Below, piece by piece: positions 1 through 8,306 of a stretch of DNA of 42,080 bases. Source of the stretch: an uncultured Elusimicrobiales bacterium (GTDB taxonomy: Bacteria > Elusimicrobiota > Elusimicrobia > Elusimicrobiales > Elusimicrobiaceae); the NCBI GenBank assembly GCA_905235355.1, contig CAJOLM010000004.1, positions 1-42,080 on the forward strand, in the 5' to 3' direction. Position 1 is the first letter of the stretch; each line of letters starts with the position of its first letter. The notes under the pieces were generated by a model that did not search any database, had not been told where the DNA came from, and was given only the letters and a program-made list of their open reading frames with translations. The translations under genes and the position numbers were made by a program.

Positions 1-141
1 AGAAAGAACAATATCAAGATGTACGAAGACGGCTCTCATTTCGAGATCGGCAAAGGGATTGTCACGAAGGACAATGGCAGCGACGCCGTCATCTTCGCCA
101 CCGGCATTATGGTCGCTATGGCCATGAAGGCAGCGGCATAG
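1..141 (+). pseudogene. Transketolase C-terminal subunit, internal fragment cut by a chimeric junction
   Basis: Frame +1 reads RKNNIKMYEDGSHFEIGKGIVTKDNGSDAVIFATGIMVAMAMKAAA*, matching the transketolase C-domain pattern FEIGKG...GxDxxIxATGIMV. It stops where the opposite-strand acyl-CoA ligase fragment begins. Confidence 0.7.
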
Positions 142-281
142 ATGTATGCCTCTTCGCGGGTCTTGTTGAAAGATGTCTCGGTCCAGACGTCGCCCGACTT
201 CTCACGAAGGAAGGTATCTTCACCATACTGAGCCGTATATGTGTTTACGAAATCAATTATCGAAGGTCTTTGTTCGGACAT
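115..281 (-). pseudogene. 5' fragment of a long-chain fatty acid-CoA ligase (AMP-binding family), truncated at the junction
   Basis: MSEQRPSIIDFVNTYTAQYGEDTFLREKSGDVWTETSFNKTREEAYIYAAAFMA resembles the N-terminus of Bacteroidales acyl-CoA synthetases and starts immediately after the kinase stop. The rest of the ORF is the antisense of the transketolase fragment. Confidence 0.55.
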
Positions 282-282
282 T

Positions 283-918
283 TTACAGTTCCTGTTGTTT
301 TTTGGGAGTGAAGAGGCCGAACATCTGGGCCTCGATCATATTTGTGACTTTCTCGAAATCTTCCGGGTTGTTGCCGAATTTGATGTGGTCCGAATCCACT
401 ATGAGCAGGTTTCCTTCATAGTCCTTGATCCAGTTTTCATATTTTTCATTCAGTCCGGTGAGATAGTCGATGCGTATGCTTTTCTCGTATTCGCGGCCCC
501 TCTTCTGTATCTGGGAGATGAGGTTGGGAATGGAAGAGCGGAGATAGATAAGCAGGTCGGGATTTCCGACGAGGGACATCATGAGGTCAAACAGATCTGA
601 GTAGTTCTCGAAGTCCCTGGTGCTCATAAGCCCCATATCGTGCAGGTTGGGGGCAAATATGTTGGCATCTTCGTATATGGTGCGGTCCTGTACAATTACA
701 TCGTCGCTACGGCTGATCTCAACTATGTCGCGGAAGCGCTTGTTCAGGAAATATATCTGCAGGTTGAACGACCATCGCTCCATATCTTCGTAAAAATCTG
801 CGAGATAGGGGTTGTGGTCAACAGGTTCAAACCGGGGCGTCCATTTGAAGTGTTGGCATAGTAGGCGGGTGAGAGTGGTCTTGCCGCTGCCTATGTTGCC
901 TGCTATCGCGATATGCAT
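283..918 (-). CDS. Deoxynucleoside kinase (dAK/dGK/dCK family)
   Basis: MHIAIAGNIGSGKTT P-loop, EPV..NPYL.DFY, FNLQIYFL, QDRTIYED and RGREYE lid motifs. Start placed at ATG 918. Confidence 0.93.
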   Translation of the reverse strand: MHIAIAGNIGSGKTTLTRLLCQHFKWTPRFEPVDHNPYLADFYEDMERWSFNLQIYFLNKRFRDIVEISRSDDVIVQDRTIYEDANIFAPNLHDMGLMSTRDFENYSDLFDLMMSLVGNPDLLIYLRSSIPNLISQIQKRGREYEKSIRIDYLTGLNEKYENWIKDYEGNLLIVDSDHIKFGNNPEDFEKVTNMIEAQMFGLFTPKKQQEL

Positions 919-945
919 AATGCACCTTGATTTTTGATTACCATA

Positions 946-974
946 CAAATTTAGCAAAAGAGTTTGTAATTTTG
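946..974. promoter_or_regulatory. Divergent Bacteroidota-type -7 promoter elements (TAnnTTTG)
   Basis: TAAATTTG on the minus strand (946-953) upstream of the kinase, and TAATTTTG on the plus strand (967-974) just upstream of ATG 979. Confidence 0.6.
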
Positions 975-978
975 TCGT

Positions 979-1170
979 ATGTACAAGGTTTTTTACTTCA
1001 ACCCGTTGAGGGAGTGTACGTATGTCGTTTGGAACGGCAACCGGCAGTGCGTGATAATAGATCCGGGTGCAATTACTTCCCGCGAGCAGGAGCGCCTGGC
1101 CGGTTTTATCGGGCAGGAGGGGCTTACGGTAGAGGCGATATTGCTAACACACGGCCATTTTGACCACGTA
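979..1170 (+). pseudogene. MBL-fold metallo-hydrolase (glyoxalase II-like), 5' fragment cut by a chimeric junction
   Basis: FNPLRECTYVV...IIDPG...ILLTHGHFDHV contains the HxHxDH motif. Similarity stops right after it, and the ORF continues into the antisense of the next gene. Confidence 0.8.
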
Positions 1171-2631
1171 ATCGCCCACACTGCGCGCACCCAAATTGCC
1201 GGACAGTTGCGCAAATTCATAAATGAAATACCCCGCCAGCCACACCAGGGACGCGCCTAATAAAACACGCAGCGTCCACAATACCCACGGCCGCGCCGGA
1301 CGCGGCAGCGGCACTTCGGCGGGGGCGTCTGTTTCCGGCGGCATATTAAGCCGTACCACCAGCGCGGCAAACACCGCAAAAAATAATCCGGTAGATACAA
1401 AGCGCATACTGATATCAAAACTGTTGTGCACGCAAATACCGAAAAATGCCGTCGTGTAGCCAAGCGTCAGCCACGCGCGTTCATCCCACGCGCCGTCTTT
1501 GCTCTTTAGCCCGCGCCACCCAGTGTATAACACAAAGAAAATCAGCCATAAAAATACCGCCAGCCCTACCGTGCCCGCCGTTGCCCATTGTTCCAAATAT
1601 TCATTTTCCGCGTGTTGCGTTTCGGTGTTGTGAAATTTTTCAATGTAAAAAATTTGCGGCTTGCGGTACGCCGGATAAATGGTTTTAAAGCTGCCCACCC
1701 CCGTGCCTAACACCGGGCTGTCCTGCACCATGTCAAATGCCGCGGCCCACGTGTATGCGCGAAAGCTGACCGACTGGAAACGCTTGGCGGCATACACGCC
1801 CGCCAGCACGCCTACTGCTATTAAAAATATCCCGGCAGCCGCGGTAATGCGGCGCGCGTATTTTTTTATACCGCTGCGGCAAGCCGCATACGCCCCCGCA
1901 AAAAATACCGCAGACGCTGCAAAGCCCAGCCACGCGCCCTTACTTTCCGTAAAGAATAAATCCACCAGCACCACGCCCAAGAGCACCAGCAAGCGTTTAG
2001 CTTTCGTGCGCAAATATTCCGCTGCGATGATAAAGGAAGAAAAAACTAAAAAATCCGCAAAAAAATTCGGGTTGGCATGCGTGGAAAAAATGCGCGCGCC
2101 GAAAAACCCGCGCCACGGCATAATGTCCACCCCCGGCAGCCAATGGTCCGCCACTTGCACCAGCCCATACACGCCGCTAATCCACACCGCCGCCAGCAGG
2201 CAGCGCGTCAGCGTGCGGGTGCTGCTTACGGTAAAGCGGTCCACAACCGCCAGACTCAACCCGAAATATAAAACGTAGCGCAAAAATTCTTCAAACGCGT
2301 CCAGTTTATAAGGAGCCAGCGCGTAACCCAAAAAATTCCACCCGAAATAAATTAAAAACGGCAATAGATATAGCCAATTTTTCCGCGTGACCGGGCAGCG
2401 TTTTTGCACCAGCAGTAGCGCAATCCACAGTGCCAAAAGCCCTGTCCCGCCCAGTTGTAAAAGCGTAATTTTCACAAAGGCCGTATCATACGTGCCTGTA
2501 TAAAAACTAATGGAAACAAACAAGCACAACAGCCCCAGCCCCCACGCTAGTGCGCGGTCTATCCACGCGGCAAAAGCGTCATGCGGACGGCTGGCAGATG
2601 TGACGGTCTTTTTTAGATTGCTCTTGGCCAT
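1144..2631 (-). CDS. O-antigen ligase / PglL-like O-oligosaccharyltransferase membrane protein, probably 3'-truncated
   Basis: Multi-TM protein with RIFSTHANPNFFA, TESKGAWLG, R..TW..A.DM..DSPVLGTGVGSF and HAENEYLE (Wzy_C) motifs. Its stop falls inside the junction with the MBL gene. The paralog at 34737-37382 continues with TPRs. Confidence 0.85.
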   Translation of the reverse strand: MAKSNLKKTVTSASRPHDAFAAWIDRALAWGLGLLCLFVSISFYTGTYDTAFVKITLLQLGGTGLLALWIALLLVQKRCPVTRKNWLYLLPFLIYFGWNFLGYALAPYKLDAFEEFLRYVLYFGLSLAVVDRFTVSSTRTLTRCLLAAVWISGVYGLVQVADHWLPGVDIMPWRGFFGARIFSTHANPNFFADFLVFSSFIIAAEYLRTKAKRLLVLLGVVLVDLFFTESKGAWLGFAASAVFFAGAYAACRSGIKKYARRITAAAGIFLIAVGVLAGVYAAKRFQSVSFRAYTWAAAFDMVQDSPVLGTGVGSFKTIYPAYRKPQIFYIEKFHNTETQHAENEYLEQWATAGTVGLAVFLWLIFFVLYTGWRGLKSKDGAWDERAWLTLGYTTAFFGICVHNSFDISMRFVSTGLFFAVFAALVVRLNMPPETDAPAEVPLPRPARPWVLWTLRVLLGASLVWLAGYFIYEFAQLSGNLGARSVGDYVVKMAVC

Positions 2632-2656
2632 AGTTATATGGTATCAAAAAACCCCC

Positions 2657-2685
2657 TTGTCTTTTGACAAAATTTATTTTATACT
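2657..2685 (+). promoter_or_regulatory. Putative sigma70 promoter of the first pilin
   Basis: TTGTCT (2657-2662), 17 bp spacer, TATACT (2680-2685). AGGAG RBS before ATG 2744. Confidence 0.45.
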
Positions 2686-2743
2686 ATGTTGTACGCTAGG
2701 ATATAGCGCTACGAATTAAGAGGAGATTAAGGAGATTAGGAAC

Positions 2744-3256
2744 ATGAAGAAAGGTTTCACCTTGATTGAATTGCTGGTAGTGGTACTCATTATCGGCATT
2801 TTGTCTGCTATTGCCTTGCCGCAATACACGACCGCGGTTGAAAAATCCCGCGCTACTGAAGCTGTTACCCTGTTGGGTACGTTGCGCTATTCCGCAGAAC
2901 GCACTCGCTTGCAAACGGGTTGCTGGCCGACGGATTTCTCCGTCTTGGATATTGAAGTTCCGGGCACAATGACCTCTACTGGAGACAACGCAAACAAACA
3001 ATTCTATACCAAGAAATTCTTATTTACTGCTACTGGTTGGAGCACAGCCTCCACCTGTTCCACTGGTACTTTTACCTTGAGCGCTGCACGCGCAGAAGAC
3101 GGTACTGCTAATGCCACCGGCTCCGCCTATGCCATCACTAACGAGATTACTGCGGATGGCACTTTCACCCGCAAATGTACAGGTACCGCTAGCACAGATG
3201 GTGTTAAAATCTGTAACGCCGTTACTAGTGGCCATCCTACCGATGGTAAGTGGTAA
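2744..3256 (+). CDS. Type IV pilin (PilE/PilA-like)
   Basis: Class III signal MKKG|[24 protein letters not shown] and a C-terminal Cys pair. Confidence 0.95.
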   Translation: MKKGFTLIELLVVVLIIGILSAIALPQYTTAVEKSRATEAVTLLGTLRYSAERTRLQTGCWPTDFSVLDIEVPGTMTSTGDNANKQFYTKKFLFTATGWSTASTCSTGTFTLSAARAEDGTANATGSAYAITNEITADGTFTRKCTGTASTDGVKICNAVTSGHPTDGKW

Positions 3257-3274
3257 GCTTATAGCTAATGTTTT

Positions 3275-3307
3275 AAAAACCGCCCTTTACCGGGCGGTTT
3301 TTTATTT
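3275..3307 (+). terminator. Rho-independent terminator of pilin 1
   Basis: AAAAACCGCCC-TTTACC-GGGCGGTTTTTT. The same hairpin follows pilin 2. Confidence 0.85.
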
Positions 3308-3382
3308 CCCCTTTCGCGGTGTGCCAGAGGGTATACATAAGTGTCATTCCCTGGCACCTTGTCGTCCTGGGTCGCCACACTC

Positions 3383-3462
3383 TGTCGTCCTGAGTCGCCG
3401 TTGCTCAGGACCTCGTTGTTTCCAAACGCCGAGGCCCTGAACAAAAACCTTTCAGGGCGACA
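3383..3462. repeat. REP-like palindromic element, family A, copy 1 (80 bp)
   Basis: TGTCGTCCTGAG..CTCAGGACCTCG..CGAGGCCCTGAA..TTCAGGGCGACA with terminal inverted repeats and two internal hairpins. Near-identical copies at 4396 and 4862. Confidence 0.9.
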
Positions 3463-3570
3463 AATGACTTTTCCCCTTACCCCAAAATTGGGTCTTGTTT
3501 TTTGCGCCATTATTGACTATACTATTAATAGTACCACTGTGTACTACTTTATTTGTAAAGGAGATAAATT

Positions 3571-4072
3571 ATGAAGAAAGGTTTCACCTTGATTGAATTG
3601 CTGGTAGTCGTGTTGATTATCGGCATTTTGTCCGCTATTGCGTTGCCGCAATACACGACCGCGGTTGAAAAAGCCCGCGCTACTGAAGCATTGACCCTCA
3701 TGGGCACCATCCGCTACGCGGGTGAACGCTATCTTGCAAACGGGCAGCTGGCCGGGTGCCGACTTGACGGTGTTGGACATTGAAGTGCCCGATACATCCA
3801 GCGCAACCGGAGCACAGACCAAGAACTTTTCAATCACCACCGCCAATGGTACTGGGGATGACGCAAATAACTGGATTATTACTGCCAAACGCGGTAGTTC
3901 TACTTCTAGTGCTTTTACAAACGGTACTGGCAGCGCGGGTTATACGTTAACAACCGTTGTAAAACCCGATGGCACTGCCACCCGCTCTTGCGCTAAGACA
4001 GCCACCAGCGCTGATGCTGATGCTGAAAAATCTTGCAAGGCTATTACCAGCGGTAATACTACCAACTTCTAA
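3571..4072 (+). pseudogene. Type IV pilin with a frameshift at ~3733
   Basis: The N-terminus matches pilin 1. GAACGCTATCTTGCAAACG aligns to pilin 1 GAACGCACTCGCTTGCAAACG with 2 nt missing. The second frame (ORF 3722-4072) continues LQTGSWP...LDIEVP and ends with the Cys pair. Confidence 0.88.
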
Positions 4073-4091
4073 TAGTTGGTGCTAAGGTTTT

Positions 4092-4123
4092 AAAAACCGC
4101 CCTTTACCGGGCGGTTTTTATTT
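4092..4123 (+). terminator. Rho-independent terminator of pilin 2
   Basis: AAAAACCGCCCTTTACCGGGCGGTTTTT, a duplicate of the hairpin at 3275. Confidence 0.85.
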
Positions 4124-4146
4124 CCCCTTTCGCCGTTTTATAAGAT

Positions 4147-4267
4147 GTCATTCCCGAGGTTTTAGTCGGGAATCTTCCGCTGATTATGTTGTGTTAAATA
4201 AGGGAAAAACCTTTTTACAATACGGCTAAATCAGTCGAAGATCCCCGACAGAGACACTCGGGGATGG
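4147..4267. repeat. REP-like palindromic element, family B (long)
   Basis: GTCATTCCCGAG..TCGGGAATCTTCCGCTGATT ... AATCAGTCGAAGATCCCCGA..CTCGGGGATGG, nested inverted repeats. Confidence 0.8.
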
Positions 4268-4298
4268 TATTGTGTGCACTCGGGGGTCGTATATATCC

Positions 4299-4377
4299 CA
4301 TTCCCGAGGCCGTAATCGGGAACCTCAACCTTAGAGAAAAAGCGGCCGAGACCCCCGATAAAAACACTCGGGGGTGG
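4299..4377. repeat. REP-like palindromic element, family C
   Basis: CATTCCCGAGGCCGTAATCGGGAACCTCAACCTTAGA...GAGACCCCCGATAAAAACACTCGGGGGTGG. Its 5' part recurs at ~4494-4525 and a homolog lies inside the pilin at 37796-37860. Confidence 0.82.
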
Positions 4378-4392
4378 TATATTTTTCTAGTT

Positions 4393-4501
4393 CCCTGTCG
4401 TCCTGAGTCGCCGTTGCTCAGGACCTCGTTGTTTCCAAACGCCGAGGCCCTGAATAAAAACCTTTCAGGGCGACATCATGATTAAAACAAATGCCGAGGC
4501 C
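4393..4501. repeat. Left ~109 bp direct repeat flanking the GIY-YIG gene (contains family A copy 2)
   Basis: Matches 4859-4967 with about 5 substitutions by manual alignment. Confidence 0.9.
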
Positions 4502-4546
4502 GTAATCGGGAACCTCAACCTTAGAATTTGTTACAATACAAATATC

Positions 4547-4831
4547 ATGTATTACATATACATCCTTTCTAATAAGACTAACACCACCCTGTATATTGGC
4601 GTTACAAATAATCTTGTACGCCGAGTATGGGAACACAAAAATAAATTTGTTAAAGGTTTTACAAAAGAGTATAACTTACAAAAACTTGTATATTTTGAAC
4701 AATGCGGAGACGTTACACGTGCCATTGAAAGAGAAAAACAACTAAAAGCATGGCACCGTTCTTGGAAAAATAGACTGATTGCAAACCAAAACCCCTCTTG
4801 GAAAGATTTATATCCCATTATTTGTAAATAA
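4547..4831 (+). CDS. Small GIY-YIG nuclease (YhbQ/UPF0213-like)
   Basis: MYYIYIL...LYIGVTNNLVRRVWEHK...GFTKEY...LVYFE...AIEREKQLK.W.R.WK..LI...NP.W.DL. Start placed at ATG 4547 because the upstream extension is repeat-derived. TGTTACAAT extended -10 lies just upstream. Confidence 0.93.
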   Translation: MYYIYILSNKTNTTLYIGVTNNLVRRVWEHKNKFVKGFTKEYNLQKLVYFEQCGDVTRAIEREKQLKAWHRSWKNRLIANQNPSWKDLYPIICK

Positions 4832-4858
4832 CTCTGTCGTCCCCGAGGGTCGCCACCA

Positions 4859-4993
4859 CCCTGTCGTCCTGAGTCGCCGTTGCTCAGGACCTCGTTGTTC
4901 CCAAATGCCGAGGCCCTGAACAAAAACCCTTCAGGGCGACATCATGACTAAAACAAATGCCGAGGCCCTGAACAAAAACCTTTCAGGGCGACA
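4859..4993. repeat. Right direct repeat (family A copy 3) plus an extra half copy
   Basis: Full unit 4862-4941, then a duplicated right half ending TTCAGGGCGACA at 4993, 5 bp from the last gene of the phage-like module. Confidence 0.9.
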
Positions 4994-4998
4994 AGTGG

Positions 4999-5193
4999 TT
5001 ATTTCTCTTCGCGTGAGCCAATAAAACTGCCGTCGGCATTACACAAAGAAAATGCACTTAATACCTTAATCAGCTTGCCCAACAACAGGTCGTCCTTGTC
5101 GGTGGGCGTCAGTTTGACAATCAGCGTGGCCACCGATACGGCCCCGCCAATAATTTGTAATACATCTGCTGCGTGTTTCGTAAATACACTCAT
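4999..5193 (-). CDS. Small holin-like membrane protein (64 aa)
   Basis: AGGAG RBS, then MSVFTKHAADVLQIIGGAVSVATLIVKLTPTDKDD... The hydrophobic helix plus TPT.KDD pattern is typical of small phage lysis-region proteins, and it is the last gene of the module. Confidence 0.55.
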   Translation of the reverse strand: MSVFTKHAADVLQIIGGAVSVATLIVKLTPTDKDDLLLGKLIKVLSAFSLCNADGSFIGSREEK

Positions 5194-5206
5194 GTTACTC
5201 TCCTTT

Positions 5207-5395
5207 TTAATAGCGCTCTTGCTCGTCGCGCCAAATCTCCAACCGGTGGGTGCGCTCTTGCAAGTTATTGTATTTATCTTGCTTTTTCTCCAGGCGGGCA
5301 ATATCTTTGCGTATGGCTTTTAGCTCCGCATACAAGCCCCCCACCACAAAGGCCGCCAGGATAATTTCCTTCCACGTAAGCCCCAGCTCTATCAT
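5207..5395 (-). CDS. Small single-TM coiled-coil phage protein (holin/XhlA-like)
   Basis: N-terminal TM followed by IARLEKKQDKYNNLQERTHRLE. ATGA overlap with the upstream gene. Confidence 0.6.
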   Translation of the reverse strand: MIELGLTWKEIILAAFVVGGLYAELKAIRKDIARLEKKQDKYNNLQERTHRLEIWRDEQERY

Positions 5396-5745
5396 ACCGC
5401 CAGCTCCCGTATTTCCGCGCGGATAGTGTCTGCGGCGGACTCCAGCTGCTCCAGCTTATCTTTGTCCGCTTCCGTGCCTGTTCCGGCGCTGAGCGCGCGC
5501 AAGGCGCGTATGGCCTTTAGGTCCAGCTCGTCCAGCTGCGCCTGCAGGTCCGCCAGATGCGCGGCTTTTTCGTCGGCTGCCTGGCGCGCGGCAGCGGCCA
5601 GGGCGGTAAGATATTCGCCCTTGTAAAGCACGTACTCTTCCGCGCTTTCTTCTATGCGGTCAAACGTCATGCACGGCGCATTTTCCAATTCCGCGCGCGT
5701 ATTAGCCGCTAAAACAATTTTTCCATTTTGATATCCCAAAAACAT
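5392..5745 (-). CDS. Putative tail fibre assembly/chaperone protein
   Basis: Follows the fibre gene with an AGGAG RBS. C-terminal L..LD.KAIRALR....L..LE..A..IR.EI pattern is seen in fibre-associated proteins. Confidence 0.55.
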   Translation of the reverse strand: MFLGYQNGKIVLAANTRAELENAPCMTFDRIEESAEEYVLYKGEYLTALAAAARQAADEKAAHLADLQAQLDELDLKAIRALRALSAGTGTEADKDKLEQLESAADTIRAEIRELAV

Positions 5746-5757
5746 ATTTATTCTCCT

Positions 5758-6810
5758 TTAATTAGCTTCTGATACACTTCCCTGCGCATACACAAATTTA
5801 AAAGAATTATATTGCGTTCCAGTGGCATTATATGCAACAGAAAGCACATCCCCTTTCTTAACTGGTACGGTAAAACCAAGAGCCTCACTATTTCTGCTTG
5901 ATGTGGAAATTACATATGTTAGAAAATTATTTCTGCTTGCATTTATATAGGCCCCACTAATACCAGATGTTTTTATAAGCACAAAATAACCATCCGCTGG
6001 CGCCGTATAAGAAGCATTGGTGGCACCTAATGTTAGTTCAATATACCTATCAGACGGCATAGCCAAGCTTGCACCTACTATTTTTCCAGTGTCGGTCAGA
6101 TTGGATAAAGACGTATCAGATTTGGCGTTTAACGCATTTTGTAAATCCGTCTGCTGCGCCAGCGTGCCGCTGATATTTCCCCAAGAGGGTGCTGCTGAAA
6201 TGACATTATTGTTCAGCGTGATATCCGTCCCGGCGGTCAGTGCGTCTTGTTTCGCGGCTAAAGCGGCATCTATATTATCCAAAACACTTTGCACACCGTC
6301 GGCAGCGGCCTGCGCGCTTTGTTGCGCTTGAGCCGCCGCAGTAGCGGCATTTTCCGCCAGCAGCACATCTTCTTCTAACTCCCGGAAATATTCATCAGCT
6401 GTTTTGTCCGCGGAAGTTTCCGTCGGCGATATTTTCAAAGTGCGGCCCAGTTGTTCCGCAAACTCTTGCGCGATAAGCATGGCTTTATCATAGCCTTTTT
6501 CCAATACATCCGGGTCCAAGGCATCCTGTGCGTCAAATGCCGTCTCTTGCACCAGCGGTGTATCACGCATAATCAGCAATCTTTGATTACTCGTCAAGGG
6601 CTCCACCCCGTTGGTCTGCAACGGATAGGTAAGCTTGGACAAATGTGTATCTACACTGTAATCTGTGTTCAGCAATAAGGTGCTGCCATCCTCCTCCACC
6701 AGATATACTTTTAAGTCCTCTTTATCCAAAAATGGAAATGGGATATCCCATTGGGTAGTTTCGCCGTTTCCGGTATACAATACTTTGGTTTGTGTAATAG
6801 ACACCGTCAT
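5758..6810 (-). CDS. Short tail fibre / receptor-binding protein
   Basis: T7 gp17-like N-terminal anchor (YTGNGETTQWDIPFPF...R.TP..Q...LE...DK...IAQE), Ala-rich coil, WGNISGTL..QTDLQNAL linker and a beta-rich tip. Confidence 0.85.
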   Translation of the reverse strand: MTVSITQTKVLYTGNGETTQWDIPFPFLDKEDLKVYLVEEDGSTLLLNTDYSVDTHLSKLTYPLQTNGVEPLTSNQRLLIMRDTPLVQETAFDAQDALDPDVLEKGYDKAMLIAQEFAEQLGRTLKISPTETSADKTADEYFRELEEDVLLAENAATAAAQAQQSAQAAADGVQSVLDNIDAALAAKQDALTAGTDITLNNNVISAAPSWGNISGTLAQQTDLQNALNAKSDTSLSNLTDTGKIVGASLAMPSDRYIELTLGATNASYTAPADGYFVLIKTSGISGAYINASRNNFLTYVISTSSRNSEALGFTVPVKKGDVLSVAYNATGTQYNSFKFVYAQGSVSEAN

Positions 6811-8306
6811 TTTTTATTCTCCTGTAAAGTAAGCAGGCGTTTGAGCTCCTGCGCTGCGTGCAGGCGCGTTTGCATATCCGCCCCCGCAGAAAAAATAAAA
6901 TACTTCGCTTGTTGCATTTCCGCATCAGACAAGTTGTAACTGCGGCATAATTTATCTACGGAGATATCCAGTAAATTATCCCGCAAGTCCCACTGCCCGG
7001 CTTGCCGCAAACAGTATTGCTGCTGCAAATGCAAGTAGTCCCGAGCGGAAATTTTATGCTGCTCCTGCGCCGCGTCAAGTTCCGCACGCGCCAGCCGGCC
7101 TGTTTCTAATTTTTGATACAGCTCATTAAAGGCAGCCGCCGTGTCAGCAGGTTGGGGCGCGGCTTGCATTTCTTGCCATACTTTCTGAGTGTGGGCAAAT
7201 TCTTTTTCAGACGTAAAATTTTGTCTGATAAGCACTTGCGCGCCTGAAAAATCATCCGCTGCTTTGTCTTGCAAAAGCTGTCCAAACATATCCGCCTGCT
7301 GTTTCAAATCCGCCCGGCGCTGCGCCGCCACTTGCATTTGCAAGGCCGCATATAAAGGCTGGCTGTCTGCTTGGTGTGTTTGGGCGGCTTCTTGTGCAAA
7401 CTGCTGCAAGGCAGTGGGATTGATTTCTCCTTTTTCATCCCGGCACTTTTCATAAGCAGACGCGCTTAATTGCCGGGCCAAATGGTCCGCCGTACAAGCC
7501 GTAATTTTCCCTTGCAACAAGCTCTTTTCTTCTTCAGAAAATTGCGCTTGGAAATGATTTAACACCGCCTGTGCCTGAGCCGGCTCCCCGTTCGTTAGCG
7601 AGGTTTCCATATTATGCTGCAAAGCTTGTTTCTGCAGTAATTGTTTTTGCTGCTGCCATTGGATAGCGGTCAAGCCATTGGCTTGTGCCTCGGTTTGCGC
7701 CGCTGCTAAATTGGCCTGCATATATTGTTCCAACACGGACGGAGAGGAAATTAAAGCAGCGGTTTGCACAAAACTGCCCGCTCCCTGATTAAACTGCTCT
7801 TGCCGTGCCGCCTGCTGCTGGCGCGCTTGCACGTCCGCTACTTCCCGACGGATTGCCGCATAATCTTGCGCCAGCAGAGACTGATCTGCCTGCTCCGGAT
7901 GAAGTGCAAGCTGCCTGGCTTGCTGACCAAAAAAATCATCTAATTTCCCCACCGCATCTGACGGAACATCCGGCGCAGCCGGGTTTGTCTCAAATGCTTG
8001 GTCGCGGCTAAAAGCTAGCAACTGCTGACGCGCCGGAGAAGAAAAATTTTCCGACAAAAACACCGCTTCGTCCGTCTGTGCAGCTTTGCTTTGCATGGGC
8101 ACGCTCTCTTTTCCGGACGCTTTGCCGGCAAATTGTTCTTCTATGGCATTTTTTACGTCAACGGCTCCTTGCAATACCTGACCTGCCGTCTCTAAATCAG
8201 TCAAGCGTTTGCTGCGCGAAGATTCCAGCGTAGGCACCGCCAGCTGCACCGTCCGCGCAGTAGGGGCTTGATAAGATACTTGCTGTTGATATGTCGGCAC
8301 TCTCAT
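6807..8306 (-). CDS. Putative internal virion (ejection) protein
   Basis: MRVPTYQQQV N-terminus typical of podoviral gp15-like ejection proteins, Q/A-rich helical composition, and position between the gp14-like and fibre genes. Confidence 0.6.
   Translation of the reverse strand: MRVPTYQQQVSYQAPTARTVQLAVPTLESSRSKRLTDLETAGQVLQGAVDVKNAIEEQFAGKASGKESVPMQSKAAQTDEAVFLSENFSSPARQQLLAFSRDQAFETNPAAPDVPSDAVGKLDDFFGQQARQLALHPEQADQSLLAQDYAAIRREVADVQARQQQAARQEQFNQGAGSFVQTAALISSPSVLEQYMQANLAAAQTEAQANGLTAIQWQQQKQLLQKQALQHNMETSLTNGEPAQAQAVLNHFQAQFSEEEKSLLQGKITACTADHLARQLSASAYEKCRDEKGEINPTALQQFAQEAAQTHQADSQPLYAALQMQVAAQRRADLKQQADMFGQLLQDKAADDFSGAQVLIRQNFTSEKEFAHTQKVWQEMQAAPQPADTAAAFNELYQKLETGRLARAELDAAQEQHKISARDYLHLQQQYCLRQAGQWDLRDNLLDISVDKLCRSYNLSDAEMQQAKYFIFSAGADMQTRLHAAQELKRLLTLQENKK

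Noticed and set aside
1-1170. Genuine horizontal transfer from Bacteroidota
   Set aside because: Four genes are cut mid-domain at two short dual-reading overlaps with no mobile-element features, so misassembly is more parsimonious.
4264-4546. ORF 4264-4485, the 4478 upstream start of the GIY-YIG gene, and similarly ORF 3341-3574
   Set aside because: They read through palindromic repeats and are open only because the repeats lack stops in that frame.
3383-4993. CRISPR array
   Set aside because: Units are 80-120 bp nested palindromes with irregular spacing, no unique equal-length spacers and no cas genes.
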